DNA from: an uncultured delta proteobacterium
Lineage (GTDB): Bacteria; Myxococcota_A; Polyangia; Polyangiales; Polyangiaceae
Assembly (NCBI GenBank): GCA_963716725.1
Contig: CAVQUB010000004.1
Coordinates: 64,001-128,000 of the forward strand
DNA: 64,000 bases
Reading direction: 5' to 3'
Shown: positions 29,488-44,019 of the stretch, piece after piece
Numbering within the stretch: the first letter of the stretch is position 1
Layout of the letters: each line of letters opens with the position of its first letter
Notes under the pieces: generated by a model
The model's input: only the letters and a program-made list of their open reading frames with translations
Database searches by the model: none
What the model was told of the DNA's origin: nothing
Position numbers and translations under genes: made by a program

Positions 29488-30909
29488 TCAACCCAGCTCG
29501 GTCTTGCCCATCAGGTACAGGTCGATGGCTCGAGCCGCGCGGCGCCCGTCGGCGATGGCCCACACCACCAGGCTCTGGCCGCGCTGACAGTCGCCGGCAG
29601 CGAACACGCCCGGCACGTTGGTCATGCAGTTCGGGTCGATGGCGACGTTGCCCCTTCGGTCGAGCCCGAGGCCGAGCGCCTCGACCAGCCCGGCCTTCTC
29701 GGGATGAACGAAGCCCAGCGCCAGCAGGACCAGATCTGCGTCGAGCGCCGTCTCGGTGCCGTCGACGCGCTCGAAGCGCCCTGCGCGCTCGGCGACCTCG
29801 ACGACGTGTAGCTTCTCGACGAGCCCGTGGTCACCGCTGAAGCGCTCCGTCGAGACGCTCCATTTGCGCTCGCCGCCTTCTTCGTGAGAGCTCGACGTGC
29901 GCAACATCAGCGGCCAGTTGGGCCAGGGCGTATTGGGAGCGCGCTCGTCGGGCGGCCGCGGCAATATTTCGAGGCTGGTCACGCTGGTCGCACCCTGCCT
30001 CAGCGCCGTACCGATGCAGTCGCTGCCGGTGTCCCCGCCGCCGATCACGACCACGCGTTTGCCCGTAGCGACGATGGCGCGATCGTCCGCGATGCGATCG
30101 CCGCTGACGCGACGGTTCTGCTGTTCGAGGTAATCCATCGCAAAGTGAATGCCGCCCAGGTCGCGACCGGGCATGCCGAGGTCGCGCGGCGCTCGCGAGC
30201 CAATGGCCAGGCACAGGGCGTCGAAGCCAGCGGTCAGCTCGGCGACGCCGAGAGCGGTGCCGACCTCGACGCCGGTTCTAAACTCGACGCCTTCGGCCCG
30301 CATCTGCTCGACCCGAGCGTGCACCCAGCGCTTGTCGAGCTTGAAGTCGGGGATCCCGTAGGTGAGCAGACCGCCGACGCGATCGTCGCGCTCGAGCACC
30401 ACCACGCTGTGCCCGGCTCGGTTCAGCTGCTGCGCTGCTGCGAGCCCAGCCGGGCCCGAGCCTACGACCGCGACCTTCTTGCCGGTGCGGCTGAGTGGCG
30501 GCTCCGGAACGATGCGACCGTGGGAAAACGCGTGGTCGGCGATGGATCGCTCGAGCAGCTTGATGCTCACTGGATCGTCGTCGATGCCCAGCACGCAGGC
30601 CGCTTCACAGGGCGCCGGACAGACGCGTCCGGTGATCTCCGGGAAGTTGTTGGTGGCGTGCAGCGCCGCGACGGCATCGTCCCAGCGCCCGCGGTACACG
30701 TGGTCGTTCCACTCCGGGATCAAGTTGTCGAGGGGGCATCCGCTGTTGCAGAAGGGAATGCCGCAGTCCATGCAGCGGGCGCCTTGCTCGGCCAGTCGTT
30801 CGTTCACTACCGGGAGCTCGAGTTCCCGGTAGTCCCGCAGCCGCTCGGCCACCGGTCGCTTGGCTGCGCTCCGGCGCGCGTACTGCATGAAGCCGGTCAG
30901 CTTGCCCAT
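29488..30909 (-). CDS. gltD: Glutamate synthase small subunit
   Basis: RCMDCGIPFC..GCP, GRVCPAPCE, GSGPAG, GGGDTGSDC and GQSLVVWAI motifs. Confidence 0.97.
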   Translation of the reverse strand: MGKLTGFMQYARRSAAKRPVAERLRDYRELELPVVNERLAEQGARCMDCGIPFCNSGCPLDNLIPEWNDHVYRGRWDDAVAALHATNNFPEITGRVCPAPCEAACVLGIDDDPVSIKLLERSIADHAFSHGRIVPEPPLSRTGKKVAVVGSGPAGLAAAQQLNRAGHSVVVLERDDRVGGLLTYGIPDFKLDKRWVHARVEQMRAEGVEFRTGVEVGTALGVAELTAGFDALCLAIGSRAPRDLGMPGRDLGGIHFAMDYLEQQNRRVSGDRIADDRAIVATGKRVVVIGGGDTGSDCIGTALRQGATSVTSLEILPRPPDERAPNTPWPNWPLMLRTSSSHEEGGERKWSVSTERFSGDHGLVEKLHVVEVAERAGRFERVDGTETALDADLVLLALGFVHPEKAGLVEALGLGLDRRGNVAIDPNCMTNVPGVFAAGDCQRGQSLVVWAIADGRRAARAIDLYLMGKTELG

Positions 30910-30911
30910 GC

Positions 30912-35497
<4,586 letters not shown>

Positions 35498-35615
35498 GGG
35501 GCCGGCACTCTGAACGTATGTCGGGGCATATCGAGCCAGGTATTGGGTCACGTTTTGACGCGCCGCGCAAGGCGGAGCGGAGCAGTGTTGCGCGCAGCCG
35601 GGCACTCGACGTTTG

Positions 35616-36374
35616 ATGGAGCCGATGAACTTCGCCGACCGAAGCGCCGCCCTGGTCTTGATCGTCGTCGCGCTGCTCGCGTGCAAGAGCAAGTCCGAGA
35701 ACTCCACGCCGCCGCCGCCCGTGTCGACCGCGCCGGTCGCGCTCACGCCAGGCGTCTGCCCCAAGGGCGCCAGCATGGATCCAGGTCAGGGCGAGTTCCG
35801 ACCCGCGGTCACGGCCTTCAAAGACAAAGACTACAAGACCGCGCAGCGGCTGCTCGATCATCTCTCCAAGCAGTACCCGAACAGCGCGACGGTGCGCGTG
35901 TGGCGAGGCGACTCGGCGCTCTTCGACAAAGGAATGAAGGAGAGCGAAGCCGCCGATGCGTCGATCCCGTTCTACGAAGAGGCCGAGAAGCTCCACGACA
36001 AGGGCTGCGCGCTCCCCGAGTACGAGCACTACTACATGCGGATGGGTGTGGCGTACGCGCTCTTGCGCAAGAAGAACGGCGACGAGGCCCTTCGCCACCT
36101 CGGCATCGCCAAGAAGCAGTGGGACAACAGCGCCGAGGTGTTTTACCACCTCGCGCGGGCCCACTGCATGAAGGGCGACGTCGACGAGTGCGCGACGAAC
36201 TTCGAGAAGTCGCTGGAAGTCGCCAAGTCCCTCCGGCGCCCGAAGTTCTTGCGCTCGCACAACTCGCTGGACGATTGGATTCGCCGCTCGCGCACCCAGA
36301 GCGAGTTCGTCGCGCTGCGCCGGGACAAGCGTTACGCCGCGACCATCAAGAAGATGAAGACCGACGACGAATGA
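35616..36374 (+). CDS. TPR-repeat lipoprotein
   Basis: LLAC lipobox; helical TPR-like repeats (FYHLARAHC). Confidence 0.75.
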   Translation: MEPMNFADRSAALVLIVVALLACKSKSENSTPPPPVSTAPVALTPGVCPKGASMDPGQGEFRPAVTAFKDKDYKTAQRLLDHLSKQYPNSATVRVWRGDSALFDKGMKESEAADASIPFYEEAEKLHDKGCALPEYEHYYMRMGVAYALLRKKNGDEALRHLGIAKKQWDNSAEVFYHLARAHCMKGDVDECATNFEKSLEVAKSLRRPKFLRSHNSLDDWIRRSRTQSEFVALRRDKRYAATIKKMKTDDE

Positions 36375-36383
36375 GCTGACCGG

Positions 36384-36866
36384 CTACTTGCAGCTGGCGC
36401 TGACCGCGAAGTCGATGAGCGCGTCGGGCGAGCCGTGGTCGTCCAGGTAGAACTCCCAGCGGTACACGCCTTCCGGGAGCGGCCCGGTGTCATTGTCTCC
36501 GACGGCGGGTCCAACCTGCTCCCAGCTGATGCTGTGGTCGCCCTTGCCCGGGGCGATGTTGCCGAACTCGAGGATTTCGTCGGCGTTCGGCGTGGTCTCG
36601 GTCCAGGCCATGTAGCGGTCCTCCTTCACGTTCCGGAGCACCGGCGTCAGGATGGTGTCGTCCTTGAAGGACAGCATCTCGATGAACACGAAGTAGTGGT
36701 TGGGAGTCGCGTTGTCGAGCTTGGTCGGGCGGATGCAGTCGTCTTTGGGAAGCCGGCGTCCGTCGGAGTCGAGGGACACGTAGGCGTCCTTGATGTGCGC
36801 GGATTCGCAGCCGGTGGCGCCCAAGGCTGCGAGCAGGGCGACGGTGACGAAATGGCCGGGTCGCAT
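36384..36866 (-). CDS. Hypothetical lipoprotein
   Basis: GATGC lipobox; beta-rich C-terminus PLPEGVYRWEFYLD. Confidence 0.7.
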   Translation of the reverse strand: MRPGHFVTVALLAALGATGCESAHIKDAYVSLDSDGRRLPKDDCIRPTKLDNATPNHYFVFIEMLSFKDDTILTPVLRNVKEDRYMAWTETTPNADEILEFGNIAPGKGDHSISWEQVGPAVGDNDTGPLPEGVYRWEFYLDDHGSPDALIDFAVSASCK

Positions 36867-37048
36867 GAGCCCGAAGCGTACACGGCTCGGGCGCTTTTCG
36901 CCATCGCCTCGCGCGGACCTTGCAGCGGCGCCGAGACCCGGGCAAAGCCGCCCGAGTGACCGGGCGCGCGCTTCGATTTCTTCCCTGGCTCGTCGCCGCC
37001 GTGGCGGTTGTGGAGTCCGCGGCCACGCTCTTCTGGAGGTGATCGAGC

Positions 37049-38623
37049 GTGAAGCTTCGCGAGACCGCCGTCGCCCTCCTCGTCGCCGCCGCCGTCTACG
37101 CAGTGGCCGTCGCCGGGCTGATCTCGGTGTCCAAGCTGACCGGCCCGGCGGTGCACGAGCTTCGAGTGCTCGCGGCCATCGATGCCGCGGTCGAGCTCGT
37201 GAAGGGCGTCTCTGGGCGAGGCCCCTCGGAGCTGCTGCGTCCCGATCAGCGCGCGTCCCTCGAGTCCGGCGTGCTGGTGATCGGCGGCGCCTGGTCGAAG
37301 GCGAGCCTCGGGCGCATCGGTGTGCTGGACCCGCTCACCGCCATGCGCCTGCCGTGGTTGCTGCTCGGAGCGCTGGTGCCGCTCTCGCTCTACCTGATCG
37401 TGCGCCCCTCGCGTGGTCGCGCTGGCGGGTTGATGGCGGCGGCGCTGTGCGGAGTCATGCCGCGATTCTCCCACGCCGTGGTCGTGCTCGACGAAGGCGC
37501 AGTGGTCGCGTCGATGGCCTGCGTGGTGATCGCGGCCCACGTGCGCGCCATGGGTCCGGCGCGATCGGGAGCGCCCGGCGCCCGCTGGTCGCTGGCGTGG
37601 GCCGCCGGCGGGGCCGTCGCCCTCGGATTTGGCGCGTCGCTGTCCCTCGGGGTGCTCTGGGTCGTGCCCTTGCTCTTGGCGCATTTCGTCTGGGCACGCC
37701 GCCGGATCGCTCGCCGCTGGGTCGCACGCGGCCGCGTCCCGATCCCGGCGCTGCTGATCCTGGCTCTGCCCCTCGCGCCGCTGATCCTCTTGGCGCTGTC
37801 GCCCGCGCTCTGGAAGGCGAGCCCCGCCCTGGTCGCGCGCGTGTTCTTGGCGCCCTTGGAGCCTACGGTTGTGCCCAGCGAAATCGCTGGCAGAGTGGTG
37901 ACGGGGCTCCCGGTGCCCGGCCACTTGGGCTGGGCCTGGCTCGTGCACACGGTCCCCCTCGCGGTGCTCCTCGCGCTTTTTGTCGGGCTCTCCGTCATCT
38001 TTCACGAGCACCTGGCGCGGCGCTTTGCCTCGGGTTCGCTCCGCCCGGCGCGCGATCGCCACGCCCTCGGCGCGCTGGCGCTGATCGGGATCGCGGGCTG
38101 GCTCTTGGGCGTCGCGCTGATGCCCGACGTGCTCACGACATTTCCTCCACGCGTGGTCACGCTGCTGCCCTTGGTCGCGATCGCTTCGGCGTTGGGCCTG
38201 ATGAAGCTCGCGAGCTTCGTCGCCGCGCCCGGACTTCGCGCCGTGTTCGTCGGCGCCACGCTGACGGTGCTGGGCAGCGTCGCGGTGGCCCGGGCCGCGA
38301 CCGCCAGCGTGAGCGCGGGGCTGCTGACCGGCGGCGCACGCAGCGCAGCGCGTGTCTTGCCGATGGGCGACGGCAGCGAGGTCGCGGTGCTGGCGCGGAG
38401 CATCGACGCGCTGGGCAAGGCCAGCGTCAGCATCGAGACGCCGCCGCAGCTCCCGGCCGAGATCTGGAGTCGGCTGGTCGAGGCGCGGCGCATGAAAACG
38501 CGGGTGACGGTCCAGCCGAACGCGGAGCTGGTGCTCCAGCGAGGTCGTGGTGCTGGCGAGGTCGTGGGCGAGGTGAGGCGGGACGGCTTCGTGTCGTGGA
38601 CGCTGTTCCGAACCGGTCCCTGA
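37049..38623 (+). CDS. Polytopic membrane protein, GT-C (ArnT/PMT-like) glycosyltransferase-like
   Basis: Ten or more hydrophobic segments with an AMRLP...GGLMAAAL...PRF.H....D pattern. Confidence 0.6.
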   Translation: MKLRETAVALLVAAAVYAVAVAGLISVSKLTGPAVHELRVLAAIDAAVELVKGVSGRGPSELLRPDQRASLESGVLVIGGAWSKASLGRIGVLDPLTAMRLPWLLLGALVPLSLYLIVRPSRGRAGGLMAAALCGVMPRFSHAVVVLDEGAVVASMACVVIAAHVRAMGPARSGAPGARWSLAWAAGGAVALGFGASLSLGVLWVVPLLLAHFVWARRRIARRWVARGRVPIPALLILALPLAPLILLALSPALWKASPALVARVFLAPLEPTVVPSEIAGRVVTGLPVPGHLGWAWLVHTVPLAVLLALFVGLSVIFHEHLARRFASGSLRPARDRHALGALALIGIAGWLLGVALMPDVLTTFPPRVVTLLPLVAIASALGLMKLASFVAAPGLRAVFVGATLTVLGSVAVARAATASVSAGLLTGGARSAARVLPMGDGSEVAVLARSIDALGKASVSIETPPQLPAEIWSRLVEARRMKTRVTVQPNAELVLQRGRGAGEVVGEVRRDGFVSWTLFRTGP

Positions 38624-38636
38624 GGCCCCGACTCGC

Positions 38637-39212
38637 TCACATGCGGTGAGCGCTGACCACCACGCCACCGCCGCCGTGGGCGAAGCCCACGCGGGCCACG
38701 ACCGCGGCCTCCGACGCGAAACACACCGGGCCGCGCGATCCCGCCAGCGCCACGGAGCCCGGCAGGCCGTCGGCGGCGCGGATCAGTCCCTTTTCGTCCA
38801 CCAACTCCAACGTGAGATCGGCGTCGGCGCGCTCCGCCACCGCGATCACTCGCACGCAAATCGGACCTTCGCCGAGGGGCAGTCGCACCTCGCTCGGTCC
38901 GGGCAGCTCGCGGACTTCTCCCAACAGGCGCGAGCCAGGCGCGCAGGCCTCGGCGATCTGCTTCGCTCGCTCGGCGGCACGGCCCGCGGTCGCGACCCCG
39001 GCGTGGCATCCGTCTCCGAGCGGTCGGGCGGGGCTCGGCGTCCCCGCGCTGCCCGAGGCGGTCGGCGCCGTCGCCGCGCTGGTCGCTGCCGCTGCCGCCC
39101 CGGGCCCGGCGGGCGCCCGGGTCTTGTCGCAGCCCGATGACGCCAGCAATACAAAAGCCAAGAGGCGAGCGACCTGCGCTCGCCTCGGTGGACCCGACGG
39201 TCCCGCGATCAC
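38637..39212 (-). CDS. Hypothetical Cys-containing lipoprotein
   Basis: SSGC lipobox; GTG overlaps the upstream TGA. Confidence 0.6.
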   Translation of the reverse strand: MIAGPSGPPRRAQVARLLAFVLLASSGCDKTRAPAGPGAAAAATSAATAPTASGSAGTPSPARPLGDGCHAGVATAGRAAERAKQIAEACAPGSRLLGEVRELPGPSEVRLPLGEGPICVRVIAVAERADADLTLELVDEKGLIRAADGLPGSVALAGSRGPVCFASEAAVVARVGFAHGGGGVVVSAHRM

Positions 39213-39826
39213 TTCTTCTTCTTGGCGTTCCACTCGCGCTCGACGCGGTTGCGGGATCCCATCACGGCTTCGTCGGCGGCGTACTTGACCTCGCCGGTGA
39301 CCATCGACCCCGGCACGGGCAGCTTGGGCACGATCAACAGCTCGAGGTTGAGCTGGGTGTTCTCGTCATCGATCTTCTTGATGCGCCAGCGCGCGTCCAT
39401 GCGCTTGACGTTGCCCTTGATCATCTGGCCTTCGAGGACTTCTTCGCCGTTGACGGTCTTCATCGGCTCGAAGCGGACCACGGCCCAAATCTTGGCTGCT
39501 CCCTTCAGGATCGGGACCTGGAGGTAGACATCGGTCTTGTCGCCATCGCGGCCGACGACCTTTGCCTTGTCGAACTTGGAAATGAACTTGGAGTAGTTCT
39601 TGAAGTCCGTGACGGCCTTCTTGACGTTCGCGACCGGCGCGGCGATGTGCACCCGGGCGGCGCCCGCCTTGGTGGCGCTGTGTGAGGTGGAGACCTCGTA
39701 GCGCTCGGCGTCCCGCAGCTTCATCAGGCGCTTGGCTTCCTCGCTCGACTCGGCGCTGGCAGCCGTCGCGAGCAGCGCGAGGCTCAAGGTCGTCATCACC
39801 ATGGCCAGAGTGCGTCGGGTCTTCAT
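39209..39826 (-). CDS. Secreted SRPBCC/START (polyketide cyclase-like) lipid-binding protein
   Basis: Signal peptide; IAAPVANVKKAVTDFKNYSKF and GNVKRMDARW pattern; GGGAG RBS. Confidence 0.75.
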   Translation of the reverse strand: MKTRRTLAMVMTTLSLALLATAASAESSEEAKRLMKLRDAERYEVSTSHSATKAGAARVHIAAPVANVKKAVTDFKNYSKFISKFDKAKVVGRDGDKTDVYLQVPILKGAAKIWAVVRFEPMKTVNGEEVLEGQMIKGNVKRMDARWRIKKIDDENTQLNLELLIVPKLPVPGSMVTGEVKYAADEAVMGSRNRVEREWNAKKKK

Positions 39827-39940
39827 TTCCGGTCTCCCTCGAGTTCAGCTCATCGCCTCATACGGTTGGAACGCAGAATTGCTTCCAACATGACGAGAAG
39901 CGGATGATTGGTAAAGCCCATCGGGCACGCTCCAAAGCAG

Positions 39941-39956
39941 TGCACGATGCGTGCCG
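39941..39956 (-). promoter_or_regulatory. Putative sigma-54 (-24/-12) promoter
   Basis: Minus strand CGGCACGCATCGTGCA has GG-N10-GC spacing, about 115 bp upstream of the SRPBCC gene. Confidence 0.5.
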
Positions 39957-40148
39957 GTCCGAGGAAACGACGGGCAAACGTCGTAGTGTCGCGGGGTTGC
40001 TCGGCTCGGGCCCTGCCGACGAGGCCGTCGGTCCGCGCCAGCTGGGTCTTGGCGAAGCCATTCGTTTACGGAACCTGGGCCACGCGTGCCACACCTGTTG
40101 CGCGCCACAAGGTAGCCGGGACCCCGGCGCTCGTGCTCCAATTGGGCC

Positions 40149-40868
40149 ATGTTCGCACGCAAAGGAACTGCCGCCGCGGCGGCCGCGCTGCTCCTGGCGT
40201 CTTCCGTCGCCTTCGGCCAGCAAAAGGCCGCCGAGTCGCCGCCCGCCAAGGCCGGGAGCGAGAAGTCGGCGCCGGGCAAGGCCGGGGATGCCAAGGCCAA
40301 GGGCGACGCCAAGGAGGCGGATGCCAAGGCGGAGCCGGACAAGCCCGCCGGGCCGACCGAGGGTTACTCCTGGTCCACCAAGCCCGCCAAGGGCGGCAAA
40401 TGGCGGCCGAAGAAGAAGCTCGATCCCAACACGCCGATCGCGACCTTCCCCGGCTTTCGCATGCTCGCCGATGGTTCGAGTCAGATCTGGGTTCACGTGA
40501 CCAAGAAAGTGAGCGTCACGGCCGCGGCTACGTCCCTCGTGCTGGTGGGCGCGCATGTCGCCGTCCGAAACAACACAAACGCGCTGGTGACCGAGTACTT
40601 CGACACGCCGCTCGCGCGGGCCAAGCTCAAGTCCGATGCCGCTGGCGCACAGCTGGTGCTCGAGTTGCGCGAGAACGTGGTGCTCAAGCATCGCGTCGTC
40701 GACGGTCCCGCGGGCAGCATGGTGGTCTACATCGATCTGCCCAAGGCGCAGAAGTCGTATTCCGTCCATGACGACTTCGAGCCGGACCGCCGCAGGGGCC
40801 GCCGTGGGGGCAGGGTGCTTCCGGCCAAGGGCGGAACGGGCGCGCAAAGGCGCGGCCCGACCCAGTAG
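40149..40868 (+). CDS. Secreted hypothetical protein, AMIN-like beta domain
   Basis: Signal peptide, Lys/Ala-rich linker, C-terminal AQLVLELR...MVVYIDLP. Confidence 0.65.
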   Translation: MFARKGTAAAAAALLLASSVAFGQQKAAESPPAKAGSEKSAPGKAGDAKAKGDAKEADAKAEPDKPAGPTEGYSWSTKPAKGGKWRPKKKLDPNTPIATFPGFRMLADGSSQIWVHVTKKVSVTAAATSLVLVGAHVAVRNNTNALVTEYFDTPLARAKLKSDAAGAQLVLELRENVVLKHRVVDGPAGSMVVYIDLPKAQKSYSVHDDFEPDRRRGRRGGRVLPAKGGTGAQRRGPTQ

Positions 40869-40872
40869 CCGC

Positions 40873-42737
40873 TTGCGCATCGCTTCGGTTCGCGTCGCTC
40901 TCCTCGCGCTCGTGGCCGCGTGGCCAACCCGCGCCCGCGGGGACGAAGCGCCGACCTCCGTCGCCGCGCCAGTGCCCTACTGGGTCGACTTCGAGGCGGG
41001 TCGGGTGGAGCTCGACCCCGAGCTGATGAAGCTCGAGCTGTCGCGGGACGTGCGTATCGTCGTCGATCGATATCGCCTCACCAGCGAACGACTCACGCTT
41101 CGCAGAACGGCCCGCGGCGTCGAGATCGACGGCGAAGGTCGGATTTCGTTCTGCCCCTGTGAGAATGCGCCGCTCTCCTTCGGATTCCAGCGGGCCATCG
41201 TGGCGCCGCCCACCGATCTGCTGGTGCAGGGCGCGACGATTCGGATCGGTGATGTTCCGGTGTTCTGGACGCCGGTGCTCTGGCTGCGCTCTCCGGACCG
41301 GTGGGGGCTCTTGCCGCCGCGGCTGGCGTGGCGCGCCGAGGAGGGGCTGCTCGTGGGCTCCGGCGTGCACCTGCCGCTCGGGGGACGCCGCGGCGCGACG
41401 CTGTCCTTCGCCGAGGTGTCGGCCGGCGCCTACCTCCGAGGCGGCTTTGAGCTCGAGACGCGCCTGGTGACGCCGACCACCACCTCGCGCGTGCGCTGGG
41501 ATCATCTCGACGACAGCCTGCTCGCCGCGGACGCGCACGGGTCTGCGGTGAGTCGCGAGGGAGCGACCCTGGCATTTCGCGTCGACTCCATTCGCGGTGC
41601 ACGGGGGCGTTCCGCCACCCTCGATCTGGAGCCCGCGTCGAAGCGCTTCGACCACGCGAGGGTGGGGCTGAGCGGTTCGGGTCGGGGCCTCGTGGGATCG
41701 CTGGGGTGATCGCAGCGGGGGAGCGGGGTGCGGCCGTGGACTCCGCGGTCGCTGCCGGGCCCATCGCACAGCTTTCTCTGGGCGGCGCCCTCGGCAGCGG
41801 CAGCAGCGCAGACGCTGACGTGGAGGCGAGCACTCTGCGGCAGCGCGGCCTGCCGAGCTCGAGCCTGGTGGTGCACCACGCACAGCTCGCGGCAGCTGCT
41901 TCGGCGGGCCCCCTGCTGCTGTCGGTCCGCCTGGACCAGCACGCGGTCTTCCAGGGCAGAGAAGCGGAGGCGCAGGCTTCGGCCTTCGCCGGGGCGCGCG
42001 GCCAAGCCAGCCTTCCCCTGGTGCGCGCCTTCGGGGGCGACGACGATCCGCTGGTTCATCGCGTCGAGCCCTTCATCGACGCCGGTTTCCGAGTGGCGGA
42101 GCGCCGAGGCCAATCGGGCGAGGTCTTTCGCGCCTTTGAGGCGGCTCCGCCGGGTCGGCTCGCCCTGGGCTCCGTCGGCGCGGCGAGCGGGCTGGGGCGC
42201 TACGGTGCTCGCGAGGCCCTCGAGGTCGAGCTGCGCGGGGGCGGCGCCTACGACATCGAGCAGGCCGCGGCGATCCCGGCGGTTGCTGCGGCGGTCGCCG
42301 CCGACGGGGAGTGGACGGGCGCGCAGGCGGAGTGTGCGGCGCGACCCGACTCGGACCGAGAGTTGTTCGTGACGGCGCGAACCAGGGCCGGACGCCTCGA
42401 TGGACTTCACATCGAGAGCCACGTCACCGGCGGGCTCGACGAACTCACCCATCGCTGCGCGCGCGCTCGCGATCCGATCACTTCCCCGGGACCATTCGTC
42501 CCTACCTCGACCGACCCGGTTGGTCCGCCGGCTCGCGCCTCGGGATCCCGTGGACGCGTGAGCTCGCTTCGCAGTTCGCGACGGAAGCGGACGTGAGCGA
42601 AGGCCGCTTCATGGCGTGGAGCGCGGCCGTCGGCTACCGGCACCCTTGCGGCTGCTTCGCGGTGGTCGGGTCGTACGGGGCAACGGGTCGGGCGCGACGG
42701 TCTCGACGCAGAGGTGACCCTCGACCTGATGCCCTGA
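40873..42737 (+). CDS. LptD-like outer-membrane LPS assembly protein (about 4 frameshifts)
   Basis: OstA-like N-terminus with FCPC and IGDVPVFWTP, RWGLLPPRL, C-terminal YRHPCGC and terminal strand EVTLDLMP; frames change near 41705, 42445-42472 and 42680. Confidence 0.7.
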
Positions 42738-42798
42738 CGGACCCGGCTCTGTCGCCCCAGGGCACGGGCGCGATGGAAATGCTCTACTCTGAGCCAGC

Positions 42799-43950
42799 GT
42801 GTCCGACTCCGAGCCGAGAATCAGCGAGCCCCCGGCCTCCGCCGGCACCCGCAGCCTAATCGGGTCGACCATCTTGGTCGCGGACGACGAGCGCTTGACG
42901 CGGGAGCACCTCGCCTCGCTGCTGCGGGGCAGCGGCTATTCGGTCGAGACCTTCGCCGACGGACAGGCCTTGATCGAGCGCGTGGGCAAGGGGCCTCGGG
43001 ACCTGGTGCTGCTCGACGTGATGATGCCGCGACTTTCGGGGTTGGAAGCCTGTCGCATCATCAAGGGCATCTCCGGGGACGCCTTCTTGCCCGTGGTCTT
43101 GCTCACGGTCCGTTCCGACACCCAGAGCCGCGTCGATGGCCTGCGCATCGGCGCCGACGACTACGTCGCAAAACCCTTCGACGAGCGCGAGCTCTTGGCG
43201 CGCGTCGAGGCCATGTTGCGCATCAAGAAGCTGCACGACCACGTGACTCGGGCCCGATCCAAGCTCGAACAACTCAGCGTGCACGACGAACTCACGGGGC
43301 TGTACAACTACCGCTATTTGCAGACGCGGCTCGCCGAGGAGTTCAAGCGTGCCGAGCGCTATCACGATCCGCTGGCCTGCGTGCTCATCGACATCGACAG
43401 CCTGGGCGCGCACAACGAGGTCGGCGGCCGCTCTCTGGGCGACAACGTGGTGCGCGGCGTGGCCGACGTGGTGCGGCGCTGCGTGCGCGAGGTCGACGTC
43501 GTTGCGCGCTACGGGGGCGACGAGTTCTTGCTGGTCCTGCCGAGCACTCACTTCGCGGGCTCGGTGACCGTCGCGGAACGGATCTGGCGAGAGGTCACCG
43601 AGCGCCCCTTCTTCGGCGATCGAAGCGGACCCTCCCGCGTCACCTTGTCGGTCGGCGTGGCCCTCTACCCCTCGCGGGACGTGCGCGCGAAGGACGCGCT
43701 GATCCGCGCAGCCGACTCGGCGCTGCATCAAGCCAAGCGCGACGGCGGCAATCGCATCTGCGTGTTCCAGCAGCAGGGTTACGTCTACACGCCGGTCGTG
43801 GGGCCCCTTCGTGCGGAGGCGGTCGACGACCGCCCTCCGCGTTCCAGCCGCGTGCTGACGCCGCCCAGCCAGCCGCCGCCGAGCCGTTCGCCGTCCAGTA
43901 TCCCGGCCCGTCGCCGGATCTCCGATCGTCCGGCGGGCAAGCGGAGCTGA
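42799..43950 (+). CDS. Response-regulator diguanylate cyclase (REC-GGDEF)
   Basis: ILVADD, LLDVMMP and GADDYVAKPF; DELTGLYN; REVD I-site; RYGGDEF. Confidence 0.92.
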   Translation: MSDSEPRISEPPASAGTRSLIGSTILVADDERLTREHLASLLRGSGYSVETFADGQALIERVGKGPRDLVLLDVMMPRLSGLEACRIIKGISGDAFLPVVLLTVRSDTQSRVDGLRIGADDYVAKPFDERELLARVEAMLRIKKLHDHVTRARSKLEQLSVHDELTGLYNYRYLQTRLAEEFKRAERYHDPLACVLIDIDSLGAHNEVGGRSLGDNVVRGVADVVRRCVREVDVVARYGGDEFLLVLPSTHFAGSVTVAERIWREVTERPFFGDRSGPSRVTLSVGVALYPSRDVRAKDALIRAADSALHQAKRDGGNRICVFQQQGYVYTPVVGPLRAEAVDDRPPRSSRVLTPPSQPPPSRSPSSIPARRRISDRPAGKRS

Positions 43951-44019
43951 AGCGCCGGCCCCGAGCCGGGGCGCTCCGGGAGATCCATCCATCGTCGACT
44001 TCGACTAGGCTCGTGCGGA

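Noticed and set aside
40873..42737. LptD-like gene as a true pseudogene
   Set aside because: The family is normally essential in LPS producers, and the indels fit the same error pattern
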